Positions 42,332-55,824 are shown, counted from the first letter of the stretch. The stretch is DNA of 64,000 nt from Octopus vulgaris (GCA_951406725.2 OX597833.1:67704001-67768000); one strand, 5' to 3'. Program-made: numbers and translations. Notes: generated by a model not told the origin, from the sequence alone.

Positions 42332-44007
42332 TTTGATACTTTGATACTTTGATAGGTTTTGGCCATTATTGGCCCAGGCCATGTCTAACTTAATAGCACC
42401 ACCTGGTGAAGTCTTTCAAGTCAGAATTTGGGCACTATGGCCCACTCAAGTAGAGAGTTATTGTTTACAGAGACATATCCAGGTGTAGGGGGTTTATCCG
42501 GGATTTCTTGAAGGAATCTGTCCAAAGACTTCTTGAACCCTATAGGGTCAGTTTCTGTTTTAATGTGTTTTGGTGTAATGTTAAAGAGAGCGGGGCCAAT
42601 TGAGGTGAAATAATTGTGCCGTATTGTTGTTATGAGATGAGAGTGCGATTTTTGTTTTGGACGGATGGCACGGGGCCCAAGCCTTGGATGTACCTTAAAG
42701 GTGATACCAACATCATTTGGGCAATGCTGATGGAATATTTTCCACATCATGCAGATGATGTAGCGCTCACGACGACGTTGGAGAGAATAGAGTTTTAGCT
42801 TTTCTAGCCGACCCCAATAGTCGAGGCCTGTCATGCCATCTATCTTTTTTGTGATTGCCCTTTGAGGTGCTTCAACTTTTATGATACCTTGTATTGTGTG
42901 GGGAGACCACAGTGGACAACAGTATTCAAGGTGGGGTCGGGCAAAAGTGGAGAAGAGAAGGATAATGGTGTGGATATCTCTCGACTGGAAAGTTCTGAGA
43001 ATCCAGGAACACATTCTGCGGGCCATGTCAACTTTGGTGTTTATATGAGTGGCCCAGCTTACGTTGTTGTCCACAATTACTCCCAAGTCTCTGATGTTGT
43101 TGGACGCCGCGAGAGTTTCACCTGAAGGAAGGGAGTATGGGAGTTTCAGGGCATCCTCTTTTCCAAAGTGGATTAGCTCAAATTTATCCTCGTTCAGCAG
43201 CATATTGTTTTTTTCTGCCCATTGGATAACAGCCAGTAGATCTGACTGAAGGCATGTCCGGTCACTCGCCTCATTTATGACCTTCTGTAGCTTGGAGTCA
43301 TCTGCAAAGATTTTTATGTTGCTGTGCTTGATGATGTCATTAATGTCATTAATGTAAATGATGAAAAGAAGTGGGCCCAGCACAGTGCCTTGCGGAACGC
43401 CACTACTGACTTTGGCTGGGCTTGATTTTACCCCTTCAACTACAACATGTTGAGATCTGTCTGTCAGGAAACACTTAATCCATTTCAGTAACTTTCCAGA
43501 GACACCAATGTTGGATAGTTTTTTCAATAGGATCTTGTGATCGACCCTGTCGAAGGCCTTACTGAAATCAAGGTAGATGACATCGGTGTTGGAGCCCTCT
43601 CCCAAAGCTCTCAAAATGTCCTCAAAGTGATGCAGGAGCTGCGTTAGGCAGTCCCTTCCATTACGGAACCCATGTTGGTTGGAGATCAGCCGTCTGTTGC
43701 TTTCCAGAAATTGGGTTATTCGAGATCTCACCACCCTCTCAAATACCTTGATGATATGAGAGGTGAGTGAGATCGGACGGTAATTCACTGCAAGGGACTT
43801 GTTTCTCTTTTTGAAAACTGGGACAACAGACTGGGACAGAAGGTTTTTTGGAATATAGCCAGCATCCAGTGAGTTTCTCCACAGATTAGCAAGGGGAGAT
43901 GCAAGTTGGTGTCGACACACCTTCAGGACACAAGCAGGGAACCTATCGGGGCCTACTGCTGAATTGTGTTTTATTTCGTTTATCGCCGCTAAGACATCAG
44001 GGGCACT
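42331..44007 (-). mobile_element. 5'-truncated CR1-group LINE inserted in a (TA)n array
   Basis: RT ORF, 3' UTR with stem-loop GGCCA-ATAA-TGGCC and (TATCAAAG)3 tail at 42331-42354. Confidence 0.95.
42421..44007 (-). CDS. LINE ORF2 reverse transcriptase, 528 uninterrupted codons, no endonuclease domain or native start
   Basis: [64 protein letters not shown] motifs. Confidence 0.93.
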   Translation of the reverse strand, partial: SAPDVLAAINEIKHNSAVGPDRFPACVLKVCRHQLASPLANLWRNSLDAGYIPKNLLSQSVVPVFKKRNKSLAVNYRPISLTSHIIKVFERVVRSRITQFLESNRRLISNQHGFRNGRDCLTQLLHHFEDILRALGEGSNTDVIYLDFSKAFDRVDHKILLKKLSNIGVSGKLLKWIKCFLTDRSQHVVVEGVKSSPAKVSSGVPQGTVLGPLLFIIYINDINDIIKHSNIKIFADDSKLQKVINEASDRTCLQSDLLAVIQWAEKNNMLLNEDKFELIHFGKEDALKLPYSLPSGETLAASNNIRDLGVIVDNNVSWATHINTKVDMARRMCSWILRTFQSRDIHTIILLFSTFARPHLEYCCPLWSPHTIQGIIKVEAPQRAITKKIDGMTGLDYWGRLEKLKLYSLQRRRERYIICMMWKIFHQHCPNDVGITFKVHPRLGPRAIRPKQKSHSHLITTIRHNYFTSIGPALFNITPKHIKTETDPIGFKKSLDRFLQEIPDKPPTPGYVSVNNNSLLEWAIVPKF

Positions 44008-44034
44008 ATATATATATATATATATATATATACA

Positions 44035-44094
<60 letters not shown>

Positions 44095-44164
44095 TATATA
44101 TATACACATATATATACAGTATATATATATATATATATATATACAGTATATATATATATATACA

Positions 44165-44220
<56 letters not shown>

Positions 44221-44234
44221 TGTATGTGTATATA

Positions 44235-44270
<36 letters not shown>

Positions 44271-44689
44271 AAATTAAAGAAGGAAAATGCACACATTTTA
44301 TATAGTTTAAATTAATTTTTAATGAATCTTGTGTTGTGTTTGTCCGGTTTGGCTTTCGCTATTCATGATATTAAAGTTTATGTAAATAAGTATTTTAAGA
44401 AATTTTTTGGTCTATATTGTGTGTGGAACTTTTGAGTGAATGATTCAACAAGAAAAAAAACTAAGTGACGTAATTGTTTATCGTGATTATTGTGGGTAGG
44501 GGGGATAAATGTTCAGCTTTCTGTGGTGGGAGAGTATATATATATATATATATATATATACACAAAAATTCGAAAACTGGGTTAGTGGGGAGAAATATGT
44601 ATAGTGATGGGTATGTAATCATGACTTAAAATATGTAAAGTGATCAAAGTTGGTTATGCGTGCATTTTTAGACGTGTTCTGTATTTTTC

Positions 44690-45247
44690 GAATCGCGCCA
44701 CGAAATCAATTTTCTAGGCATCCTACTGAAACCCTTGCTGAAATACTCCAAAAGTTTTATTGGAGACGATTTAGTTAACAAAGAGGCATTATTGGTTTTC
44801 TTCGATATTATCAATCTTTACACCAACATCCCACATGACTATGGAATAAAAGCAATCAAATTCTGATTGGAAGGTACTCCCGGAACGCATAAATCAGATC
44901 TTTATTATTGAATCTTTAAAAATTATAGTTGAGAACAATTATTTCCCATTTGATGACACATACTATCGTCAAAAATGCGGAATTGCAATGGTACAAAAGC
45001 AACCCCTGTTCGTGCGAACCTGATAATGAATTGTTTTGAATTCACCATATAGGCGCAGGAGTGGCTGTGTGGTAAGTAGCTTGCTTACCAACCACATGGT
45101 TCCGGGTTCATTCCCACTGCGTGGCACCTTGGACAAGTGTCTTCTGCTATAGCCTCGGGCCGACCAAAGCCTTGTGAGTGGATTTGGTAGATGGAAACTG
45201 AAAGACGCCCGTCGTATATATGTGTATATATATATATATACATATTT

Positions 45248-45292
<45 letters not shown>

Positions 45293-46140
45293 TCCCCCAA
45301 CATCACTTGACAGTCGAGGCTGGTGTGTTTACGTCCCAGTAACTTAGCGGTTCGGGAAAAGAGCACGATAGAATAAGTACTAGGCTTGCTAAGAATAAGT
45401 CATGGGGTCCACTCGCTCGACTAAAGGCGGTGCTCCAGCATGGTCGCAGTCAAATGACTGAAACAAGTAAAAGAGTATATGAAGTGTTACTTCAAAAATA
45501 TGGTTATCCATTTCATCATTACGTAAGGGAAAGCTGGAAAACATACCTGGATGACCGTGTTATCGTTCGGAAGGAGACAGTGTCAAACGTTTCGACTTCA
45601 AATCAACGCTAAATGATATAAATAGTAACATTCAATTCACAGCTCCCATTTTTGGATATCATGATAAAAAAAAAGTCAACAACCAAATTATAACTGACAT
45701 TTATCATAAACCAACGGACTCGAAACCCTATCTTCTTTTAGCTCATGCCGCCCCAATCACATCAAAATAAATATCCCCTTTAATTTGGCAAAAAGGATTT
45801 GCACAATAGTGTCTGATTGAACTACACGGGACCTTCGTCTTCAAGACCTCGAAACAACGCTTACTGTAAGACAATATCCACCCTCACTTATAGATAATGG
45901 AATTAAACATGCCAAGAAATTAGACATAAAATCGCTTTGGTCAACAAAGCATAACACGACACCTCATCTTAAAACACTACTGTATATATCAACCCACAAT
46001 CTTAGAAACAATGATGCATACAACACTATTATGCAAAACCTCCCTTTACTAAGTAGAGACCCAAAAATGAAACAACATCCTGAAAACTCATAAGTTCATC
46101 AAATGCAAAAAGCAACACAAATCACTAAGGAGACTTCTTT
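44690..46140 (+). pseudogene. Decayed Penelope-like element reverse transcriptase, split by a SINE
   Basis: FDIINLYTNIPH, NNYFPFDDTYYRQKCGIAM, WKTYLDD, NIQFT, LPFLDIMI, DIYHKPTD, NIPFNLAKRICTIVS, QYPPSLI. Confidence 0.88.
45052..45475 (+). mobile_element. SINE family B (tRNA head, CORE-like segment, internal microsatellite, LINE-like tail), full length
   Basis: TGGCTGTGTGG A-box, GGTTCATTCCC B-box; TATA duplicated at 45048-45051 and 45476-45479; removal restores the Penelope frame EFTIYEV. Confidence 0.93.
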
Positions 46141-46374
46141 AATTTTTAATATATATTACAACTTACTACGCGGGATGATCGAAATTTCTCCCTTTCTGTT
46201 ACTGATATATATACATCCATTTTATGTGTATTATTTTTATGGCATTATCTTACTTATTGATGTATATTGTTTTATTCTGTTGGATTTGGATGTTCCTATT
46301 TAAGTAGTTAATAAATAATATGAATTGGTATTATCTGTAAGTCGATGATTGAAAGGAATCTGTTCCTCCATTTT

Positions 46375-46429
<55 letters not shown>

Positions 46430-46759
46430 CATACACAGACATGCGGGAACAAAAACCACATTAAAGGATGAATGTCAAATGAATTAAATTACAATGAAAA
46501 TGAGACGGTCATCTCGCTCCCGCTCCGAAATGAGACCGTGATTTACTTTTCCCTTTAAAACTTTACATTTTAAATGGCAATTTCCAGCCCCGATCCGAGG
46601 CGAAACCGCGACTTCCCTTTTCCTTTTCGCCTCATAATTAAAAAAAAGTTTTAAACAGGTGTTCATTCAGTAATTACAGGATTTACTTATTTTCTTTTTC
46701 TTTTTGTAAAACAAAAAAATTTAACCACATGTTTTCCTCTGCCCCCCTGGTGGATAATA

Positions 46760-48070
46760 AAGAAATTACATGTTTTCCTCTGTCTTCCATTGTCTTTAAA
46801 ATAAATTACGACTTACCACTTCACTTTTTCCTTTTCGTCCATATAATTCACCACCGAGGCGCGAGGTTCAAAATCGACCTCCGGCCCCAGTGAATTCCCT
46901 CTTTCATAATGTCTTCCAATTTTGAGATTCTTTTAACTTTTGGATGTCCTATATTTCACTAAAAACCTTACTTCTGTTTGTTTGTTTGCATGTTTGTGTT
47001 TTTTGTCTCTGTATTTCTGTAATTCTTAGCTTTCCTCTGCTTGTATCGGTGTCTGAGTATTTGTGTACTTGTGCGTCTGTGTGTCTATGCTTTAAGGTTT
47101 CTGTGATTCTAAGATATCTTGTATCTGTTTGTCTATATTTCTGTGAGTTTGTATGTCTGTGTGTTTGTGTGTCTGTGAGTCTGAATGTTTTTGTACTTGT
47201 AAGTCTTTCACTAGTGATCCTACTGAGGAATCTTCTCCGTTTCTTGTCCTAGGTTGGATTACCTCTTTCATTGCTTTGTACTTCTTCAGTTCTACTATCG
47301 TTGGTGATTCCCTTCTCTTTCTTTTTCTTGCTTTCACCTCCACAAAATTCCCATCTTGTTCTGTTACATGTCTCTGCTGTTTCTCCACCATTATATTCTC
47401 CTGAATATATCCTCTACACTGTCCACTGCTTCCCTAGGGCATTTCTTTCTCAAGTGCCCTCTTTCACCACATTCTTTACACTTTGAGGGTCTCTCCTCCA
47501 ACATTATCTCCAGCTTTTCTTCATCTGGTAGCTCCAACATTTCAGGTAATTCGTTGTAATATTTCGGGCTCACTGCACAAATAATTTCTAATCTGTAGCC
47601 CATCACTTCACTTGTTGAGTTCGGCCTATCATGTCCATCTTCACCTCTTCACTTTCCTTCCTTATCTCCGAATAAAAAATCGCCGCTATTATCCACAGTG
47701 GAATTCTAACCAACCTAATTCTAACAATTTGTTTATCCAAACAGTTTGGCATCAATGTCCATTTCTCTCCCTGTATCATCCTGTTGAAGGATTTTTCCGT
47801 CTCCACTCCTGACACAAAATTTACCACTGTACACTCATATCTTTTTCCGCTCGCAAAGAACGCTATTCTGTCTCCTATCTGTCTTTCAAAAATTTCTTCT
47901 ATCTCTTCCTGCGGCGCTTTTTCAAGTCTTTGAAAAATGTTCTGAATATGAACTTCTTCTTTTCCATTTTCGCTTTTTCCTCCTCTGGTAGAGTCAGTTC
48001 TATATTTGACCTTTCCTTCTGCACCATACTACTATATTTTTCCCATCAACTCACTTTTGCACTCTACCAT
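46760..48070 (-). pseudogene. Frameshifted ORF1/gag-like protein with intact CCHC zinc knuckle
   Basis: CKECGERGHLRKKC at 47439-47480; consecutive ORFs 47603-47827, 47391-47606, 47092-47391. Confidence 0.7.
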
Positions 48071-48393
48071 CTCTTGTTTTAGCACACTTGGGTCTAGAAG
48101 AACTCGATCTCAAGCACCTTCTGCATAACTTTTCATTTTTCTCAATTATTCACTACCACCCAACAATGGTGGATTCGGACTAAACAAATTCGGCTAAGCT
48201 AGAGTTCTTAAAAAAACAACGAAAAAATTGACTTGGTAGCTGTCGATGCTTATTCACCTTTGAAAACATACAAATTTCAAGAGAAATGCATTCAGTGATC
48301 TACAAAATTAGAAATATCGCATTTCTAAATAACTCAGAAATATTTATACAGTAGCAGCACAATAAAGTGATGGTTTGTTGTCAAATTAATGTG

Positions 48394-48424
<31 letters not shown>

Positions 48425-49029
48425 TATATTATTTCTATTATTATATGTTTGAACGCCACGCAACTATTCCCAGGTAAGTTTGTCTTCATAATTTTGATGC
48501 GACTCTACCCTGTACTGTTCTCTCTCTTCCCCTTTTCTCCTTTACTCTCTCTCTCATTGCTCATACGTGACCATCATCCATCTTTCTTTTCCTCACGCGA
48601 TGATCTTACTTTTCTTTCCGTCAGTCTTACAGACCAGACTCATTTTTATCTGTCTCCTCTTCTAACTTTTCTTTTGTCAAAGACAATATTCACCCAGCGT
48701 TCACTAACTTGCTTCAACTGGCGTAGCGAACCTCCATGTTTGTTTTAATTTCTTTTGTTGTATATCTCCCCTGTCATATTTTTGTTATCAACTCTGACCC
48801 TCCGCTAGTTCGAAATTTCATTTCGGCTTGAGGGAGTAATTGCCTTTCAGAGTTTCATAATGTCGTTAATTGCTCGGAATGAGGAATCGATGGACATCCG
48901 ACAACTGATGAATGGTCGTTCATTATGTTACTTGTCTTGTATGCCATATGTTTATCTCGTTGTTTGCATACCCATATTTATCTTCGTATTTCATGTTGTT
49001 TACGTTTTGTTACGTCCTGTACCCATATA

Positions 49030-49420
49030 TGAGGGGACTAATCGATTGTATCGTCCCCAGTGTTTCAGTGGTATTAAATTGATCGATCCGGAAACGATGA
49101 AAAGTAAAGTAGAACTCGGCAGAATTTGAATTTAGAAAAGGAAACCCGTACGAAGTGCAGCCAAGCATTTCGTCCGGAGCGCGCTAACGACCCCACCACT
49201 TATTCGTCGCTTCAGTAATGGTTCATATTTTGGCCAACAGTTTCGGTGGAAGGGTTAAGTCGCTTACTTCGACTCCAGTGTTCAACTGGTACTTATTTTA
49301 TCGATGCAAAAATTATGAAAGTTGAAGCTGACAAGGACGGAATCTGAACCTAAAGCCAGAAGAGATGCCACTAATCATTTCGCCCTGTGTGCTAACGCTT
49401 CTGCCAGCTCGCCATCTTAA
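49030..49420 (-). mobile_element. Two old family A-related SINE copies
   Basis: Degenerate CCCCAGTG..CTGGTAC..ATCGA..GAAAG..GGAATTTGAA; CTGCCAGCTCGCC head. Confidence 0.65.
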
Positions 49421-49431
49421 ATAATAATAAT

Positions 49432-49838
49432 ACTCTTTTTACTCTTTTACTTGTTTCAGTCATTTGACTGCGGCCATGCTGGAGCACCGCCTTTAGTCGA
49501 GCAAATCAACCCCGGGACTTATTCTTTGTAAGCCCAGTACTTATTCTATCGGTCTCTTTTGCTGAACCGCTAAGTGACGGGGACGTAAACACACCAGCAT
49601 CGGTTGTCAAGCAATGCTAGGGGGACAAACACAGACACACAAACATATACACACACATATATATATACATATATACGACAGGCTTCTTTCAGTTTCCGTC
49701 TATCAAATCCACTCACAAGGCATTGGTCGGCCCGAGGCTATAGCAGAAGAAACTTGCCCAAGATGCCACGCAGTGGGACTGAACCCGGAACCATGTGGTT
49801 GGTAAGCAAACTACTTACCACACAGCCACTCCTGCGCC
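49432..49838 (-). mobile_element. SINE family B, full length
   Basis: Tail (CTCTTTTA)2 CTTGTTTCAGTCATTTGACTGCGGCCATG; head CCACACAGCCACTCCTGCGCC. Confidence 0.93.
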
Positions 49839-50125
49839 TAATAATAATAATAATAGTAATAGTAATAATGGTTTCAGATTTTGCCAGAAGGGCAGCCATT
49901 TTAGGAGACGGAATGAGTCGATTATATCGACCAAATTATTCAACTTTTACTTGTTGAACTTTGTTATCGCACGAGACCCTTATTTTCTGCTGTTATTGTG
50001 TTTTTGCTGTTCTTTACTTCTCCATTTTGTGTGAAAAAGGAAACTTAGCCGTATTATGGCGAGCTACGCAAAAACCGCTGCGGCGGAGAAGAATTCGATG
50101 CGGATGATAGGCGTATTATGATACC

Positions 50126-50558
50126 GGGTCTTTTCGGTTTGAACGGCAGTTTTTTCTAGCGGTGTCATATGAAATTGTTACCCATAATTATGACCCTAGT
50201 ATCGATCTATTGCATTTCAATCTGGGTTAGGGTTAGTTAGGGTTGGTCAGGGTTAGGGGTGAGGGGAAGGATATCTTTTTTCTTCACAAATGTAAATAAA
50301 CCCAATCTGTTTCTTAAACGAGAGACATATTCATACGGCACAGAATGTTTTTTTTTACCTCAATAGACGTCATTGATTGGTTGAAATTGCAGAAATTGAA
50401 GAAAAAAACAATAAATATCTTACAAAATTTAGAATTTTCTCAATAAAGCCAAGAGAAAAAGATGTTTTATAAACACATTCTACCAGTATACGAAGTTAAA
50501 AATTTTTTAGTTACGCGGAAATTATTTAAAAATACTGCCGTTCAAACTGAAAAGATCG
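50126..50558. mobile_element. Merlin-like MITE (433 bp), relative of 23233-24546 without rDNA
   Basis: TIRs GGGTCTTTTCGGTTTGAACGGCAG / CTGCCGTTCAAACTGAAAAGATCG; perfect 8-bp TSD ATGATACC at 50118-50125 and 50559-50566; TTAGGG-like tract at 50224-50266. Confidence 0.9.
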
Positions 50559-52204
50559 ATGATACCCGATGAAAAGTTCGAGAGATTTATGGATGGTTTT
50601 TTTTTTTTGCGGGGGACACATGAAAGTGATAAAAGGGTTTTGGTTGTATGAGACTCTATCTTCAGTAGTTGAATACGATGTGTTAAAAAGGAATGTAGTT
50701 GTCAAAGTGAAGGATCTTTTAATGTGAAAAAGGGAAAGACTGGAAAATAATATAATAATGTGACTTTGACTGCAAAAAATGTAACCCCTCGACTTCGGGG
50801 ATCGAGTGGGCATCGTGCCTCATTTTCATTCTTTCATATTATCATTCGCTTCTTTTATTTTTCTTCTTCTTGTTTCATCTTCTTTTTGTAAATATTTAAT
50901 TCCCCGAGTTTGTGTTTTGTCTCATTTTGTATTGTCTTTATATTTTGTATTTGTCAACAAGCTTTTTTTTTATGTAGCCTGTATAGGTAATTAAAAAAAA
51001 AAAAAAATAAAAAGACTCCGAAAGAATGAAAAGCACAAAAACGACCTCGGTGGAATTCGAACTCAGCGAAATGACATTAAGCATTTCACCGGGCTTGCTA
51101 ACGGTTCTGCTATCTAGCCGCCTTACTCTTGCCTTAATAATAATTCCACCTTCAGCAGCAGCAACTTCTTAAGAAAAAAGAAGAAGATGAAGAAAAAAAT
51201 AGAGAAGAAGAAGAAAAAAAAAGAAGAAGAAGAAGAAAATGGAAGAAGAAGAAGAAGAAGAAGGAGAAGATAATGAAGAAATGGTTTATTCACACAAATT
51301 CTTCTATGCATTTGGTTTGCGAAAGTTGTGAGATTTGTTTCTTTTTGAGCTGTAAAAGCTCTTGGTCTAAACAAACGTAAATGAAAGATTTCTGTTCAAA
51401 CTTTTGGATTACTTTACAAACAAGGGATATACTTAACCATTGAATTTGATTTCTTCCGAAAACTAATAAGGTAAGTCTTTTATTATTATTATTATTATTA
51501 TTTTTTTTTTTTTTGTAGTTTGTTGACCTTGTAAATTTTTCCTTCTTGTTAAAACGTAAAAATGATGTCTACCACTATAACACACCGGAACGCCCCCATC
51601 CAAAATATTAAAAAAACCAAAAAAAAAAACCACTTTTCCACACAGGTATTTTTCTCATAAAAAATTATATGAAATTCATGTTCGTTTTTCTTTTTTTATG
51701 TGTGTGCGTGTTTTGTCACACAGCAAAATATATTGACTTAATAGAATTTTTTAAATGAATTTGAGAGTAGCAAGAACACGCTTGAATGTGTGCTCACACA
51801 CACACACACACACATACACACACACACAGACACACCGCTCACGTTAACAAACGAAAGCAATGCATTATTCGGAAAAATGTTAGAGACCCTCGTAAATTAA
51901 ACCCGAGTGAAATTGCGGAGACAAGATTACAATAGTTAATTGTGAGTCGAAAGAAAGGGCCGTTCTCTTTCTCGAACGATTTTTAGTAAGGGAAAAGAAA
52001 TGAGGGGAATTAATAACAGGTATCTGATGCATGAGACTTTCTGAGGTTTTCTCCTGATCCAGCGAGGTAGGAGTTAGGAGTAGCCCTACTCCACGCTCAG
52101 GTGTCTTCTACTATAACCCCAGGCCGACCAAATCTTTGTCAGTGGATTTGATAGACGGACACTGAAAGAAGCCCGCCGCTCATATATATATATATATATA
52201 TATC

Positions 52205-52378
52205 TATAACGGGAAGCTTTATGAAAATAGACAAAAGACGAAGGCAGGTGGAAAACAAACGAACAATTGTATTAGTATGGCGCTCAGGAAATATAAATAA
52301 AACAAGTCTTTAACGTTTCGAGCCTACGCTCTTCAACAGAAAGATACACAGAGAGAAAAAAAAACACAGAAAGAAGAT
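52205..52378 (-). mobile_element. Hammerhead-motif repeat inserted in the internal microsatellite of a decayed family B SINE
   Basis: Minus strand TCTTT-CTGTTGA-A-GAGC-GTAG-GCTC-GAAACGTT-AAAGA at 52307-52344; near-identical to 57395-57600. Confidence 0.7.
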
Positions 52379-52889
52379 GTGTGTGCATGTGTGTGTGTTT
52401 TTGTCCCTCACCACTTCTGTTGACCTCTGCCTGCATGTTTACGTCCCTGTAACAGCGGCTCGGTAAAAGAGTCTGGGAGAACGTTTCAGGGTTAAAAAAA
52501 TGTAGAGGTCGATTCGTTCCACCTAAAATTGCTCAAGGCGGTGCTCCAGCTTCGGCACAGTGTTACTGAAACCAGCATAGCGTATCTGGCCCAACCTATC
52601 ATTCATATAACTTCTTTCAACAACTCCTCGTGATTCTGTTTATTCTTTATTTCCATTCATTTATAAAAAGTTACAATGGTGGGTTTGGGGCTATAGTAGA
52701 CACCTGACCAAGGTGCCATACAGTTGGACTGAATCCGGAACAATGGACGTTCAATTGTTTGCAATCAATGTTGGATGTAATTTCCGTTATAATTCTTCTT
52801 CTTGATCAAGATTCCCATGTCACCGAGGTCGACTTTGCCACTTCTCCTTTCGGGGTCGATGAAATACGTACTAGTTGAGTATTTGTATC

Positions 52890-53275
52890 GTTATTCCCCA
52901 CTAGAGTCTTAACATAAAGGGGAACAAAGGGATTAAGTCGATTACATCGACCCCAGTACGTAACTGATACTTATTTAATCGACCCCGAAAGGATGAAAAG
53001 CAAAGTCGACCTCGGCGGTATTTGAACTCAGAACGTAACAGCAGACGAAATACCTATTTCTTTACTGCCCACAAGGGGCTACACACAGAGGGGACAAACA
53101 AACGGATTAAGTCGATTATATCGACCCTAGTGCGTAACTAGTAATTATTTAATCGACCCCGAAAGGATGAAAGGCAAAGTCAACCTCGGCGGAATTTGAA
53201 CTCAGAACGTACCGGCAAACGAAATACGGCTACGCATTTCGCCCGGCGTGCTAACGTTTCTGCCAGCTCGCCGCC
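52890..53275 (-). mobile_element. SINE family A dimer
   Basis: Junction GACGAAATACC|TATTTC near 53051. Confidence 0.88.
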
Positions 53276-54274
53276 TTAGCTGAGTATTGGGGATGATGTA
53301 ATGGTCTACCCGCCCTTCCCTTAAAAATTTCAGGATTTATGCCTCTCGTAGTAGAAAGTATTATTGTTATATTAACGCGGTGAGCGAACAGAAATGCTCC
53401 CTTCTAGGGTAAAATATTTAGCGGCATCGTTTCCAAGTTTGTTTTTAGCCCAAATGTACACACCTTTACATAAAGCAATGTTGATACACATTTGAATATC
53501 TAACAACGTAAATATGCTGTTTTAATAAATACATTCACAACATAAAATTCAGAAATGATTTTTACACACACTTACGCCCACAATATTTATTTAAATTTTT
53601 TATATCACTGAAAGCTATGCACAAATTGCGCAGGCTAATTTGCTCTTAACAGAACTGCAACAGAAAAAAAAATAGGAAATAAAAAAAAACATACAATGTT
53701 ACCAATGAAAGAATTACAGAACGGGTGGCGTTCTGTGGAGAGAAGTTACTCGCCAACATCTAAGTGTGATTAGTCGAGAAGCCTCCTTCAACGACAGCCT
53801 TGCTTCAGCATGTGATTGTAACGTTGCACTATTGTCTATACGGAGAACTCGTTATGAGAATTTTAATTGGGTGTTGTCCAAGCAGAAAAGATTGATTGTT
53901 TTGTTGAAGAGTTCAGTCAAGGCTATTCTTTCGTTTTAAGTATGGCAAGTGTCAAACTTGTGTCATCTGATTTACCGACATATGACGTCATTCTCGGCAG
54001 TTTACGCGGACAATTTTCATTTTTCCTTTTTATATTTTTGCGTCGGACAATGTCTTTTGTGTGCTGGCGATTAGCACACACACATGCATATACATATTTT
54101 TTGGTATTTTTAGGATATGCTTATATTTACGCACTTCCCGTAAACTGCCGACAATAACGTCTTATGTCGAGAAATCAGTTTGCACAAACTTTTCACACTT
54201 ACAGCTAAAGAATGCCTAGTCAAGCATAGTGGCATAGGCGCAAAATTTCAAGAGAATAATGATAATGATAATAA

Positions 54275-54445
54275 TCCTTGGTACTATAGGCACAAGGCCT
54301 GAAATTTTGGATAAGTCGATTATATCGACCCCAGTGTTTCAATGTACTTGATTTATCGACCTTCAAAAGGATGAAAGGCAAAGTCGACCTCGGCGGAATT
54401 TGAACTCGGAACGTAAAGTCGTACGAAATGCCGCTGAGCATTTTA
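54275..54445 (-). mobile_element. SINE family A-related, truncated
   Basis: AAAGGATGAAAGGCAAAGTCGACCTCGGCGGAATTTGAACTC. Confidence 0.75.
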
Positions 54446-54529
54446 ATAATAATAATAATGATGATAATAATAATAATAATAATAATAGATTAGCGCGCCT
54501 GTAAAAAGAAAAAAGAAATATTAGGTGGT

Positions 54530-54790
54530 ATTTAGAAACGCACCTAAGTCCCACATAACCACAAAATTTCCTCGACCTCTTGGGAAAGCAAATATGAGCA
54601 TACTAAAAGTTTAATTCCCACAAACCTCAGCTTCTTGGACTAAATTGGTCGTACTTATCATGGGTATATCACTTGAGCACTTCATTTCTGGGTCGAGGCA
54701 TCCATTTCTGCAATTAGTTTGCGGAGTAAGTTCAGAGACGTTGAGGTTTTTGACGCTGCAGCGTCCAAAAGGGTCGCATTAACCAGTTCC
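54530..54790 (-). pseudogene. Possible restriction-like endonuclease remnant of an R2/NeSL/Hero-type LINE
   Basis: Weak frameshifted similarity (SELTP; NLVQEAEVCG; FP..EV..GYVG) to the ELTVP..KY..L..G..PIEVG.RGF pattern. Confidence 0.3.
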
Positions 54791-55552
54791 TGCCATCTTA
54801 TCATTCACTCTGACCGTTTCCATTCTGGTGGTGTAGGGCGGAGGATCTAGATGGTACCGCCCTATCATGCAACAAAGACTTCGGTTTTGAAGGAAATATG
54901 AAGGAGTTTCTTCGATCGGCGAGAAAATATCGAGATAAAACCGAAACTATAAACTAACGTAGTCAGGCAAGAAATGACATTTCTGTGAAGAACTGCGGAG
55001 ACAAAGGAAAGCAAATGAAAAGCAGGAATATTTATGGACTTCAATAAATAAATATTTATTACCTGGCGACGAAGGTAACGGATCCTTAAAAATCAATGAT
55101 GATTATCTGCTCAAAAGAACACATTTGTGAGTGTTTGTATATGAATGAATGTATGACTGTTTGTGTGTAAGATTGAATGGGCGAATGATTGAAAGATTAA
55201 GAGGATGGATGAGTGAAACAATGAATGAATAATGAATGAAAGACCATGTTAATGGCGAATGAGTTAGTGAATCATTGTCTGACTGGCAGAATGAATGATA
55301 ATAAATAGAAAACTAGCCACGTCAGAACCACGTCATATCTCATGAACTAATGAGATTCTTGCCGACGTGATTATTGCTTCTCATACTTATGAAGAAATAT
55401 AATAATTAAAAACAGTACAGTTAATATCAGACATCAACTCTTTTACTGGTTTCATTCATTGGACTGCAGCCATACTGTAGCATCGCTTTCAGAAGTTTTA
55501 GTGGAAAAAAAAATTGACCCAATTACATATTAAATCTGGTGCATATTCTATG

Positions 55553-55824
55553 GGCGGAATTTGAACTCAGAACCTAAAGGCAGACGAAATACCTATTTCT
55601 TTACTGCCCACAAGGGGCTAAACATGGAGGGGACAAACAAGGACAGACAAAGAGTTTAAGTCGATTATATCGACTCCAGTGCGTAACTGGTACTTAATTT
55701 ATCGACTCCGAAAGGATGAAAGGCAAAGTCGACCTCGGCGGTATTTGAACTCAGAACGTAGCGGCAGACGAAATACTGCTAAGCATTTCGCCCGGCGTGC
55801 TAACGTTTCTGCCAGCTCGCTGCC
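55553..55824 (-). mobile_element. SINE family A monomer plus partial second unit
   Basis: Same fixed junction near 55590. Confidence 0.88.

Noticed and set aside
44008-44220. N-terminal 71 aa of the 599-aa ORF
   Set aside because: (TA)n read-through upstream of the LINE truncation point; not part of ORF2
50570-51010. Possible L1/Tx1 3' end with polyA
   Set aside because: Too decayed for any motif to be confirmed by eye
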